64,000 nucleotides of DNA, from contig NW_003314342.1 of NCBI RefSeq assembly GCF_000143415.4, positions 333,569-397,568 of the forward strand, in the 5' to 3' direction. The stretch's first letter is position 1; each line of letters begins with the position of its first letter. Shown here piece after piece: positions 26,290-36,468 of the stretch. A program made the position numbers and the translations under genes. Under the pieces are notes generated by a model. The model saw nothing but the letters and a program-made list of their open reading frames with translations. It did not search any database and had not been told where the DNA came from. The stretch is from Selaginella moellendorffii (taxonomy: Eukaryota; Plantae; Lycopodiophyta).

Positions 26290-27126
26290 GGTGTCATGAC
26301 GCTGTCAGAGCTTGCTCGTCCGAAGCTCAAGCTCGCGGGGCTTCGCATTGATCCGGAATGTCGTTGCATTCCTCCATTCTTGCATTCCTCCAAGAACGAG
26401 GAATGCAACGTTGCTTTTCCTTGTTCTTGGAGTTCTAACGTGTTCTTTGATCTCTCTCTCACGCACAGGTCGTCCTACGTCGGCCTCGTCCTTGTCCGAC
26501 GACGGGCTTGTGGGAGTGGAGCGTCTCGTTTCCGGGTTGCCACCCGGTGCTAGGATCAACTTTGTCAGCTGGTCCTTCGTTTTCTTGAGTGGCTTGTGTG
26601 TATCTCCATCCCAGGTCGCCTTCCAGCCTACGTACGTGATATTCTTTTCTAACTCACTCTCGCGTTAGATACCAGTGGCTGGATCCCTCGACTCTGATCG
26701 CCTGCGTTGTTACAAGCGCTCGGGGTCCTCCACCCAAGAAACCACTCACCCCACCATGTCCCAAGGTTCTCATGACCGAGGAAAAGCGGGACGTGCAGAA
26801 CCGAACGTAAGACGTCTTCGATTACTATGCTACCAGCGAGCTCCTTCTCGTGTCCACATCCGGAGATGTCGATCCGCTGGTGCTTGGCGAGGCTGCGGTG
26901 TACACTTTCGTGATCCATCTCCTGATGGAAACTACTTGCTGGTGTCGACCATGCACCGGCCTTATTCTTTTTCGGTCCCCTGGGGCCGAGAGGACAGAGG
27001 TGTGGACGAGATCAGGACGACTTGTTCTTGCCACTCGCAGAAGATATACCAATAGCTCATGACAGTGTTCGGCAAGGTCGAAGGTCCATCCACTGGTGCT
27101 CGGACAAGCCTTCATCCCTGTATTGG
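26290..27126 (+). pseudogene. Degraded internal fragment of chloroplast glutamyl endopeptidase (CGEP, S9 peptidase family)
   Basis: LSELARPKLKLAGLRID, GLVGVERLVSGLPPGARINFVSWS, DPSPDGNYLLVSTMHRPYSFSVPWGR and LPLAEDIPIAHDSVRQGRRSIHWCSDKPSSLYW lie in shifting frames. The catalytic C-terminal domain is absent. Confidence 0.85.
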
Positions 27127-27869
27127 TAATAAATGAATGTTTTTTTTTCTGCTCCTCCTGCGTTCGTGCTGGGAGATTGGAACGCTAGAGCATTCCCTTT
27201 TTTTTTTCCAAAAGCACAGTGAATTGCCACCACGATCAGTCAGAGAACCTCTTCTTTCTCACATACAGGAACATTTTTCTCTTGCAAAAGTTCTCCAGGA
27301 AAGATAAAACACTTGGAGCTTTCTTTTGCCGCTCAGGAGGTAGGAAAATTCGCGGCTGCAGCGGCAGAGGAGGAGCTGTGGTAGAAGTATAGCAAGGTAC
27401 TATGCTTTCTTCTACAACTATTTGAACTATATTTTCTTCTACAAAGTGATTGAAAGAACTTACTGCAAATGCCAAAGCTGGCATTTTTGTATGCACCATT
27501 GTCTACATCCAGTCATTCTCATTGCCATCATCTTCTTCCACTTGTATCCCAGCTTGATTCTTCATTGTGTTCTTCTTCTTTTCTTTGTATTTCCTCAGTA
27601 CTTCTCGATCGTATCTTGTAGTATATTCTGGGATCTATGCCTCTTAGTGTACCTTTTCCTACAAGGATAAAGCCACCAAACTGCCGCCCTAGCAACAATC
27701 CCTTCGCCATGCCGCAAGTTAAAGTGGTCTTCGACTACGACAGACGAAGAGAAACACTCAAAGTCCGCATCTCATCAGGTTCATCGCAAGATCCTCTCAC
27801 TCGCAGCCAGCTGCGAGAACTCGCATCGGAACTCCAACAGAATGCGTCAGCCTCCTGGACGCTGCTCGG

Positions 27870-27995
27870 CCAAAAGCCAACCGCCAGCGGAGTCATCCTC
27901 AGGTACCAAAAGTCAACCGCCAGCAGAGGCATCCTCACGTATCGCGGGAAAAGTCAACGCCCAGCAAGACGAAGAAAGTCAACCAGGCGCATCTT
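27870..27995. repeat. Degenerate tandem repeat, about 36-bp unit, 3-4 copies
   Basis: caaaagccaaccgccagcggagtcatcctc / caaaagtcaaccgccagcagaggcatcctc / aaaagtcaacgcccagcaaga / aaagtcaaccaggcgcatct. Confidence 0.7.
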
Positions 27996-28110
27996 ACCAT
28001 AGAATCTATCTAGCTACTTGTTGTAGCGAACAAAGAAAAGAACCACTATAATCTTCGTAAACAATTTATATACATAGTATTACAGCCATGATAGAATCGC
28101 TGGATTTTTC

Positions 28111-28776
28111 TTAGAATCTCGCCCAGCATCTGGTACATTCCGCCATGCAATCCCCCTTGCAGTCCACATTGTAGCCCAAAACTTGTGGCTTGCGAAGCAC
28201 CAGGCTTTTCAGCGTCCTCCCGCTGATCCCCCACGTAACATCCAACACCCCGACGTTGCCCTGGATCTCCTCCTCGAGCTTGCATCCCAGGATCTCGGGG
28301 AACTTCTTCATCAAACCCGAGACCTCCGCGTCCGACAGCCCCAGGCTCATGAGATACTCCACTTTCCCGGCCACCTCCTCCACAGCCGGGACGGATTTCT
28401 CCTTCCCCTCCCCCCAGTATGGCGATTTGAGGTGCCCCGACGACTTCCCGATCACTCTATCCGCGTCTTCGATCGAGAGGCCCAGCTCCATGAGCTTGCC
28501 GCGAGAGGCCTCCCATCTCTCGCGGAGCTCTGGAGGTAACGATCCCTGGAGATGGTCTTGATCTTGATCGCTGCCGCTGGCTTTGATGGTCACTAGTCGT
28601 CGTCTTCTTCTCGACGAACTACCTTGGAGTAGAACTCTACCTCTTTCCGGAGCGCCCACGATCCTGGGCTGCGCAATTGTCGATCCAAAACCGTGGTGGA
28701 GCTGCAGAGCAAGATCCGTGAGCTCATCCAGGAGAGAAGTAAAGCTTACCGGCAGAGCGCGCAAGAGCTCTCCCAT
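28111..28776 (-). CDS. Short mTERF-family protein with transit-like N-terminus; probable 48-nt in-frame intron 28749-28702
   Basis: VEYLMSLGLSDAEVSGLMKKFPEILGCKLEEEI..LVLRKPQVLGYNVDCKGDCMAECTRCWARF. Intron reads gtaagc...ctctgcag. Confidence 0.9.
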   Translation of the reverse strand: MGELLRALPVSFTSLLDELTDLALQLHHGFGSTIAQPRIVGAPERGRVLLQGSSSRRRRRLVTIKASGSDQDQDHLQGSLPPELRERWEASRGKLMELGLSIEDADRVIGKSSGHLKSPYWGEGKEKSVPAVEEVAGKVEYLMSLGLSDAEVSGLMKKFPEILGCKLEEEIQGNVGVLDVTWGISGRTLKSLVLRKPQVLGYNVDCKGDCMAECTRCWARF

Positions 28777-28785
28777 CCCGGCGCA

Positions 28786-31700
28786 CTAAAGCCCTATAGC
28801 GGTAAATTAGACCCAAGATCGATCGTTAGAGCTCGAGAAGAAGAAAAGTTTGATCTTACCGTGCGATGCTCCGAAGTAATTGGACTGGCTATGGATGAGC
28901 TCCAGCCGCCGCAAGATCAGCCCGGCGGCTCTCCGCGTCTTTGGATCGGCCGTTTGAGCAGCGTAGATGACGTGCATTTGAGCGGATGGGCCATACTGCG
29001 CGCAGTAGTCGGGGTGACTGAACAGCCGCTCCACGATGGCCAGCGCGTACCGCTGGGCGTCACGCCCGCCGCTACTCACCGCCGCTATCACGGCGCTCAG
29101 CCCCTTGGCTTTGTCGATGGCGTGGCAGCCCTCGACTGTACCAGCCGGATAAGCCTCCGAGGTGCCGTCGGCGGTATCCTCGTCCAGTACGCCCGTCAGC
29201 GTCGCCAGTGCCGCCAGTGCCGCTGCGGCGCCGCCGGCGGTATCGGCGGCGTCCGCCTTGACCGCGTCCTTGAGCAGCGCCACCAGCGGCACCACCGCGT
29301 CGGCTTCCACGAGGCAGAAGGTGTGCCGCGCGGTACACTCGCCGCCGTGGACCCGGCAGCACCGGCTCGGTCCGCGCGGCGCCAGCCACGGCAGGCACAG
29401 GTACACGACGCTCCTGCACGACTCGTCCTGTTTTCGCCGCTTTTGCTTGCTGCGGCTCTCGCTCAAGCTCCAGCTGCTCGACGAGAACTCTGCCAGGCAC
29501 CGCGCGGCACGCCGCCGCGTGAGCATGCTCCTCCCGGGCTCCAGCAGCTGCACCAGCCGCTCGATCATCCCCGCCTCGGCCAGCTTCTTCTGCGTCTCCA
29601 CCCCAAGCTTCGCGAACTTTAGAACGATGCCCACCGCCGCCTCGGTCGTCGCAGCGTCCTGGGAGGCGTCCATCACCAGCGCCGCCACTACGTGAAGTAG
29701 CCCCTTGTCTCCATCTTGGTGGTGATGATCCAGAGCGCTCCTCACGACTCCATTCCCCTCCATGCTCGCGATGATCCCCAGCATGGACGTTCTCTCCGGG
29801 TCCTCGGACAGGTTCTTCACGAGCTCGGCTATGATCCCGGGCTCCTCTCGCATCGCCGCGGACGCTTCCTGGCTGGATTCCTTGCTCAGCAGGCAAAACA
29901 GCTCCATTGCGTGCCGCCTTACTTCCACCACCATAGCTGGAGTTTTCGAAGCCGCGCTGCCCGGAGTCGACGTAGCCGGGTTCTTGAGGAGCGGAAGAAG
30001 TGTTTGCAGCGCCCTGTGCTCGCAGAGCTTTGCTCTCGTAAAGCCTCCGATGTTCTTCCCGTTGGCCAAGCCGAGGAGAGTGCTCAAGACGTGACTTTGG
30101 ACGCCAGCAGCCGTGGGCGAGCCCATGAATTGCAAGAACTCGTAGATGTAGATCTCGAGCTGGTTCATTGTGGCTTCGTCTTCGTCGCTCCAGGCATCAC
30201 CAGCGATCTTAGAGAGATCGGCCAGTATCCGGGCAGCGCCAACTTTTATCTCCTCCACGGACTTGACAGAGGTGAGTTTGTGTTCCATCAGCCTGAAGCC
30301 GTGCAAAGTGAGGACTGTCTCGGCGATGCCAGGCACGGATGTGAGGTTTTGGAGAGCACCTAGAGCTGCTTCGTTTTCTTCTCGCCGGAAGCTTTCGATC
30401 ATTTTCAGCAGCGACACCAGCACGTCCTCCGTTGCAAGTGACGTTTTGCTCGAGTCTGGCAAGTGCATGGCAGCGAGCGCGTTTGCCATGAGAATTCTCG
30501 ATTCCATGGATCCTGCAAGAGCATTTTCATCAAAGATGTGAAAGAACATCAAAACGAAGTGAATTACCTTCAACGAGCCTGTTTGCCAAAGGCCGCATGA
30601 GATTGGCCTCGGCCATTATCACAACATTTTCATCGCTGCTTGGGACATTCTCCAGGATGGCCGTCACGTTCGAGTTCACGTCCTCGTCCTCGCAGCCGAG
30701 TAAAGTTACCAGAAACACCACCGCACCTTGTGCGTGGCTGATCAGCTCCGCGGTGCTGGGATTCTCCGACAAGATCTTCATCACCAACACAGCTTCTCCC
30801 AAGTCTTCCTTTTGCCGAGTGAGGCTAAAAACCAGCTGCTCAACTATACCGGCCTTCACCATTGATTCCTAAAAGAAGCAAAATGATCAGTAGCTTATAA
30901 TTGGCAGACTACTTAGAACAAGGAAGAACCAGGCAAAACTGTCGATCAAAATATGCAAAGCCGCTCAAGAGAAAATCCTTGAAAGCACAAGCAAAGAAGT
31001 GAAAAGAAAAAGCAAGAGTGAAAGATCACAAGCTGCATGATCATGTCGCAAGCAAAGAAAGTGGAAGTTTGCAAAACGGTGATCATGTGCAAATCTCATT
31101 AAAAAAAAGCCTTCACAAGCACAAGCAACGCGATGAGAAAAGCAAAAGCAAGAGTGAAAAATCACAAGCTGTCTCAAAAGGTAGATTTTTCTCGCAAGCA
31201 AGGAACGTGAAAGTTGAAAGCTATCTTACCTGGTTTTCCACGTTGTCCCGAGCAAGCACCGCGAGCGCCGCCAGGGCCTCCTTGCGTAGAATCACGGCAT
31301 CCCGCGCGTCATGCAGAAGCTTCACCATCGGTCCAATCAGCCCAATGGTGCCAACTTTGTATTTGTTGAGCGGCTCCTCCTCACACACCGCGCGGACGTC
31401 CCGCATGGTCCGCACGTCTGTGTCGGAACAGCGCGGCTCTCCGAGAAGGCACCGCGCGGCACAGTGGAGCCGGGCCTCGAAGTTCCTCTCCCTCCACTCG
31501 GCAATGGACTGCTTTAGCGCGAAGTTGGATTTCATCTGCGTGGTGGGGAGCTCCTCGCCCATCACCGGGCATCGCGTGTTCCCCTCGGCAAACCATCGCT
31601 CGATCGCCTCGCGCTCGTACGTCTGCCCCGAGGCGATCTGGACGGGGTCGCGCATCACGTCGCGAGTGATCGGGCAGATGAATGGCTGCAAGGGCAGCAT

Positions 31701-32468
31701 TGGCGCGTCCCTGCCGCTGATCGAGAGCGACGCCATGAGCTGCTTCATCCGCTTGGCCTGTTCTCGCTCGCAATCCTCGTCGCCCTCGATGGCATCCCCC
31801 CTGGAAGATCGAAGAGCCCGGTCGAGAACCAGCAAGAACTGCTCCAGATAGAGAGCGTGGACCTTCCCGCCGCGCGCCTCCGCGGCCGATCGCTCGCACC
31901 ACAGCTTCTCCACCTCGTCGACGAATCCCTGGCTAGTCATCTCCATCCCCACGCCCTCGGCGATCTGCCGCGCCAGCCTCCGGCACAGCGCCGTGTCGAT
32001 CACGATTGTGTCGAGCATGCCCTCCTCGAGCGAATCGATGAGCGCTTCGTCGTCGCCGGTGGGGCGAAATCCCTCGCTAAGCAGCTCCAACAGCGAGCTA
32101 TCCACCTTCGCCGTCCCGCCCAGTGCCTCGATTCCCCGCCGCAGCCTCTTCCCCGATTCTTGAAGCTCCGCCATGATCTTGGGGCTACACATGAGGAGAT
32201 AGAGCGATGATCGGCCCTTGTAACCCTGGAGGAGATTCTCCTCACTGCTCAGCTCCTCCTCGAGCTGCTGTGCCTGGATTTCGCCACTGTCGGCAAGCCG
32301 CGACAGGAACAGCGCCAGGCCCTCGAGGCAATCCGCGAGCTGTGCGAATGCCCGCTGCGCTGGATTGGGGCGCTTGCCGGGCGACGGCTGCTGCACGGCA
32401 GTGCTGCCGCTGCTGAGATCTCGCGCCGCCACGGCCAGCGCCATGACCCTCTTGCGCATCCCTTCCAT
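28786..32468 (-). CDS. U-box/ARM-repeat E3 ligase, SAUL1/PUB43-44-like; exons about 32468-31230, 30868-30568, 30513-28860, 28793-28786
   Basis: U-box LPLQPFICPITRDVMRDPVQIASGQTYEREAIERWF, ENVVIMAEANLMRPL, CRVHGGECTARHTFCLVEADAVVPLV, LIHSQSNYF. The unspliced stop is at 28807; with the 66-nt intron 28859-28794 the stop is 28788-28786. Confidence 0.92.
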
Positions 32469-32595
32469 CGCGCATCCGCGATTTCCTAGCTAGCCCTAGC
32501 TTACGCACAGCTCTCCCACTGCTTGACCTAGGTCCTGTACTTTCACCCAGTGTTCCACTCCAATCAAAACACTTTCGCGCGGGTCAATGCACGGC

Positions 32596-32694
32596 GAATA
32601 TTCCAATGGCATAAAAACGATCCGAATATTCTAATGACATAAAGGGTTAGAATATTCTAATCGCTTGAAAGGATCTTTTTGAAACGGAATATAC
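32596..32694. promoter_or_regulatory. Cluster of four GNATATNC (P1BS-type) motifs, three also matching the GAAnnTTC heat-shock-element core
   Basis: gaatattc at 32596, 32624 and 32650; gaatatac at 32687. Confidence 0.55.
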
Positions 32695-32741
32695 TGAGGA
32701 ACAATAACGCTTGTCACCGCCAAGTCAGCATCCGTGAAGCC

Positions 32742-32993
32742 ATGGCAGCGCGGGCTCACGAGTGCCCATTCACAGACTCGAAGTGCTCGAGGTATGACGA
32801 TTGCCTCCAATGTGGATTCCGGAGCTGCGCGAAATCGGGGAGGATTTGCGCTCCGGGCCAGCGCTGCTCGACTTGCTTGTACAAGAAAGCGGTGCTCAGG
32901 CTGCAAGACGAGCTTGGCGTGAGCGAGAGCGAGGCGACTGTGGAGGCGCACCAGAGGGGGATCCTGTCTGGGGCCCCGGGCGAGCAGCGATGA
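32742..32993 (+). CDS. Hypothetical 83-aa cysteine-rich protein (8 Cys)
   Basis: ATG in good context (gccATGg) and GC-rich coding-like sequence: MAARAHECPFTDSKCSRYDDCLQCGFRSCAKSGRICAPGQRCSTCLYKKAVLRLQDELGVSESEA... No family recognised. Confidence 0.45.
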   Translation: MAARAHECPFTDSKCSRYDDCLQCGFRSCAKSGRICAPGQRCSTCLYKKAVLRLQDELGVSESEATVEAHQRGILSGAPGEQR

Positions 32994-33333
32994 CGATCAT
33001 CTGGCCGGGAGGAGCACAGCCGCGAGCGATTCAGCTTTGGATGGAGAATGCCGCCTCGAATCACATAGTTTCTTCTTTGATTCTGTCTAGATTTGATGGC
33101 TAGATCGAGATGATCTTCACGTGAATGATCGATCGACCTCATCACCGTGATCCGGCTGAAAGAATTTTGAAATCCTCGAGTAGAGGCAAGAAACAGAGAA
33201 GGAGAAGCGGTTATTCTGCGGTGAATGGCTCGTCAAAGCTCGATCTACGTGCGCGAATCGAGAGAGAATGAGCCAAGAACACGAGAGAAAAGAAGGGGGC
33301 CTAGGACTAGGGTTAAAGTTTTAGGGTTTTGCG

Positions 33334-33795
33334 ATGACAACGAGCACGCAGCCACAATCGCCGGCGCTTCTTCGTCTCGCTCATGTCGAGCGGGTAAGGC
33401 TCAGCAAATCCGTGAGAATGATCTTGTTTCTTTCGTTAGAAAATCGTCCAGGCCGTGGAGTTTGCTGGATCGGTGATGGAGGAGCTCGCCAATGCGGGAG
33501 GGCCAAGAATGGAGTTTGCGACCACACAATGCCACGAGTTTATGAAATCTATGAAGGTACTCGGAGTGGTGGTGTATGCCTGGTTTCATTTTTTTTCTCC
33601 TCTTTTGTCCAGGACATTCAAACGGTCCTGCACGAAGAGATCAAAAGTATGTGCGAGTACCGCCCTTATGAGAACTGTGACTACATTCCTCGGATGGGTG
33701 GAGAAATCAGTCTAAAAAAGATCGACTGCGTTCTGGATGAGCTCCAAAAGCTCGAGGACACGATCAACAATTATCAGAGCTCGGGACCATCCTGA
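33334..33795 (+). CDS. MED11: Mediator subunit 11; exons 33334-33393, 33440-33556, 33613-33795
   Basis: Spliced product ..LLRLAHVERKIVQAVEFAGSVMEELANAGGPR..CHEFMKSMKDIQTVLHEEIKSMCEYRPYENCDY..EISLKKIDCVL matches the plant MED11 pattern. Confidence 0.9.
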   Translation: MTTSTQPQSPALLRLAHVERVRLSKSVRMILFLSLENRPGRGVCWIGDGGARQCGRAKNGVCDHTMPRVYEIYEGTRSGGVCLVSFFFSSFVQDIQTVLHEEIKSMCEYRPYENCDYIPRMGGEISLKKIDCVLDELQKLEDTINNYQSSGPS

Positions 33796-34531
33796 CTCCA
33801 ATGTGGTTTTTCTCCATCTCAAAGGTAAGCTTCTTTCTCTCCTTTGGACTTTGGAGAGTCTCAAGTTTTAGAACAAGGATGAAAGTGATGAAGCATACAG
33901 GTACTGCTGATTGGCATTCCTGGAACAAGGTTAGAAACTTTTTGGTATGGTCTTTTGAGGATTGTGCCAAGGATTTTAGCCTGTAGCCACGTGTTGAGCC
34001 TGAGTTTCTGATTCCTCTTTCGTTGTTTCTTGCATAGTGTGGCATTCTTTTGTATCTATCTGATGACACACTAGTGCCAGGGGTCAATGAGAGAGACTCC
34101 ACGCAACCAAAGTTTTCCAAAGTCTTTGCGTGCTATGACAGCTACGACATAGCGACGAGAGAAGATCAATCAAAAATTTTCAGCTGATTTAGACAGGTAG
34201 AGTTTTTCTTTCTTTTCTTTTTTCACTTTGGTCGTTTTGTCTTTGTTTTTATCTGTACTCACGAGGAAAAGTATTGTAACGCTTGTCGATAAGCTTCCAA
34301 GCTAGGATCATCCTGTTCTCTGTTCCTCGATTGCGAAACTGGATTTTACGTTGCAGGATATGAAGTCAAATGAATTTCAGAATGGAAAATGCTACGAACA
34401 TGCCAGGTAGTTCCCACTCGTCCTTTTTTTTTGTCCAAACGAACACGACTAAGCTGGATGAATTGCAGACGTCTCAATGCCCGGCTTGAAATACATGAGC
34501 TCAATCTCCTCCAAACCTTACCAGGGGCCGA

Positions 34532-36256
34532 ATGGAACCGTTTCGTGGATTGAAGCTACTCAGGAACATCGCCAGGAACAAATGGATGGCCGTGGTAGCA
34601 ACTTTCTTCATCATGGCTACCGCTGGAGCAACTTACAGCTTTGGGCTCTATTCCCAGAAAATGAAGACTACACTCGGTTACAGCCAGAAAACCATCAGCA
34701 CGATTGCTCTCTTCAAAGATCTTGGTGCCAAGGTTGGTCTCGTCTCCGGACTGATATATGATGTTACGGGGCCGTGGGTCGTACTGGGAATGGGTGCTGT
34801 GCTCAACACTCTCGGCTTCCTCATGATCTGGCTAGCTCTCACTCGAAGGATATCGGCTCCACAGATCTGGCAAATGTGCCTCTACATCTTCCTCGGGACA
34901 AACTCTCAGTCGTTCACCAACACCGGAGTGGTGGTCACCTGCGTCAAGAACTTCCCAAACAACAGAGGCTTTCTCATCGGGCTGCTCAAAGGTTTCGTGG
35001 GACTGAGTGGAGCGATCCTCACCATGGCATACGAAGCCATCTACGGGACAAAGGATCCAGCAAACTTCGTCCTCCTGCTTACATGGCTTCCTCCCAGCGT
35101 CTGCCTCCTCTTTATGTTCTTCGTGAGGAGAACGACACCCAGCGGCGAAGACCAGGCACGGGTCGAGAAGAGAATCGCGTACGTGTTCTTCGTCATTTCC
35201 GTGTCGCTGGCGATGTACCTTATGGTGATCATCATCGTCAAGAACCTGGACGGGGTGGTCATTCCTCGCTGGGTGATCCAGCTGCTGGCCGTAGTTATGC
35301 TGGTCATCATTCTTTTGCCACTGGGAGTGGTGCTCAAGCAGGAGCTCCAAGGGTGGAAAGGAGGTACAGTCGCTCAAGAACAGCATCCAGATTACGTCCG
35401 AACAGATGAACAGCAAGAGCAACAACAGGGCAAAGAACTGGAAGAAGTTCCTGCAAAAGGACTGGAAGGTCCCTCAGAAGTGGAAAATCTAGTCGACAAG
35501 AGGAAGAATTGGAGTTTGCGGAGAATTGTTCATGCCATCTTGACCAGGCCTCCCAGGGGTGAAGACTACACCATACCCGAGGGGATTTTCAGCATCGACA
35601 TGCTTCTCATCTTCGTCTGCACGACCTGTGGCTTTGGAACGGGCTTAGCAGTCTATGACAACCTCGGACAGATTGGTGACTCTCTTCGTTACTCCCACGA
35701 ACAAGTCGGGACTTTCGTCCAGCTCCTAAGCATCTGGAACTTCCTCGGCCGTGTGACCATCGGCCTCGTCTCGGACATTTTCCTCCAAAAGTTCCAGGTA
35801 CCTCGTCCGTTCTTCTTCGCTCTGACTCTCGGCCTCTCAGCGCTCGGCCAGCTCTTCCTGGCTCTCAACTTCAAGTCGGCCCTGTTCATGTCCTCGATCC
35901 TGATTGGCTTCGGCTACGGAGCCCAGCTTGTGCTCATGTACATCCTCACCTCGGAGTTTTTCGGGCTCAAGTACTACGGGACTCTCTACAACGTTTGCAA
36001 CATGGCCAGCCCTCTCGGGAGCTACGTGTTCTCGGTGAAGATCGCGGGGGAGCTGTACGACAAGGAGGCTCTCAAGCAGCAAAACTCTGGAGGAGACCAC
36101 CATGGCCTCCTCTGCTATGGAGCTCGCTGCTACAGGCGCTCCTTCATCATCTCCACCGCTACGTGTGTTTTTGGCGTGCTCGTAGCGCTCGTTCTCACGC
36201 TGCGGACTCGGAAGTTTTACAAGGAACTGGCTCTCAAACTCGGGAAAAGAAGATAG
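34532..36256 (+). CDS. Nodulin-like / NFD4-like MFS transporter, paralog 3 (intronless)
   Basis: 574-aa ORF, closest to paralog 1 (KWMAVVATFFIMA, CVKNFPNNRGFLIGLLKGFVGLSGA, SEFFGLKYYGTLYN). Confidence 0.95.
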   Translation: MEPFRGLKLLRNIARNKWMAVVATFFIMATAGATYSFGLYSQKMKTTLGYSQKTISTIALFKDLGAKVGLVSGLIYDVTGPWVVLGMGAVLNTLGFLMIWLALTRRISAPQIWQMCLYIFLGTNSQSFTNTGVVVTCVKNFPNNRGFLIGLLKGFVGLSGAILTMAYEAIYGTKDPANFVLLLTWLPPSVCLLFMFFVRRTTPSGEDQARVEKRIAYVFFVISVSLAMYLMVIIIVKNLDGVVIPRWVIQLLAVVMLVIILLPLGVVLKQELQGWKGGTVAQEQHPDYVRTDEQQEQQQGKELEEVPAKGLEGPSEVENLVDKRKNWSLRRIVHAILTRPPRGEDYTIPEGIFSIDMLLIFVCTTCGFGTGLAVYDNLGQIGDSLRYSHEQVGTFVQLLSIWNFLGRVTIGLVSDIFLQKFQVPRPFFFALTLGLSALGQLFLALNFKSALFMSSILIGFGYGAQLVLMYILTSEFFGLKYYGTLYNVCNMASPLGSYVFSVKIAGELYDKEALKQQNSGGDHHGLLCYGARCYRRSFIISTATCVFGVLVALVLTLRTRKFYKELALKLGKRR

Positions 36257-36468
36257 TACGTGTACGAAGGAATTCTCCGTATGACTCTGTACGGATGTAA
36301 CATACGGAAAGCGATATTTTATTTGTCGTACGGCTATATACAAGTGTCAACATGAACAGGGTTCGAATCCGGTGGTGGGAACTAATATTTCTTTCCCTAG
36401 ATTTTTTAGTGAGAAAGCGCGGGAGCGAGAGCGCGCCTTGGATCTAGGCTAGTGGCGGCGGCAGCGGG

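Noticed and set aside
30960-31225. Purine-rich repeats and a Lys/Ser-rich plus-strand ORF start
   Set aside because: This is the pyrimidine-rich first intron of the minus-strand U-box gene.
28693-31851. Long plus-strand ORFs opposite the U-box gene, and similarly 16989..17780 opposite the USP
   Set aside because: Antisense shadows of GC-rich coding sequence.
36335-36385. GGTTCGAATCC B-box, suggesting a tRNA
   Set aside because: No acceptor stem, D-arm or anticodon arm can be formed; it is an isolated motif.
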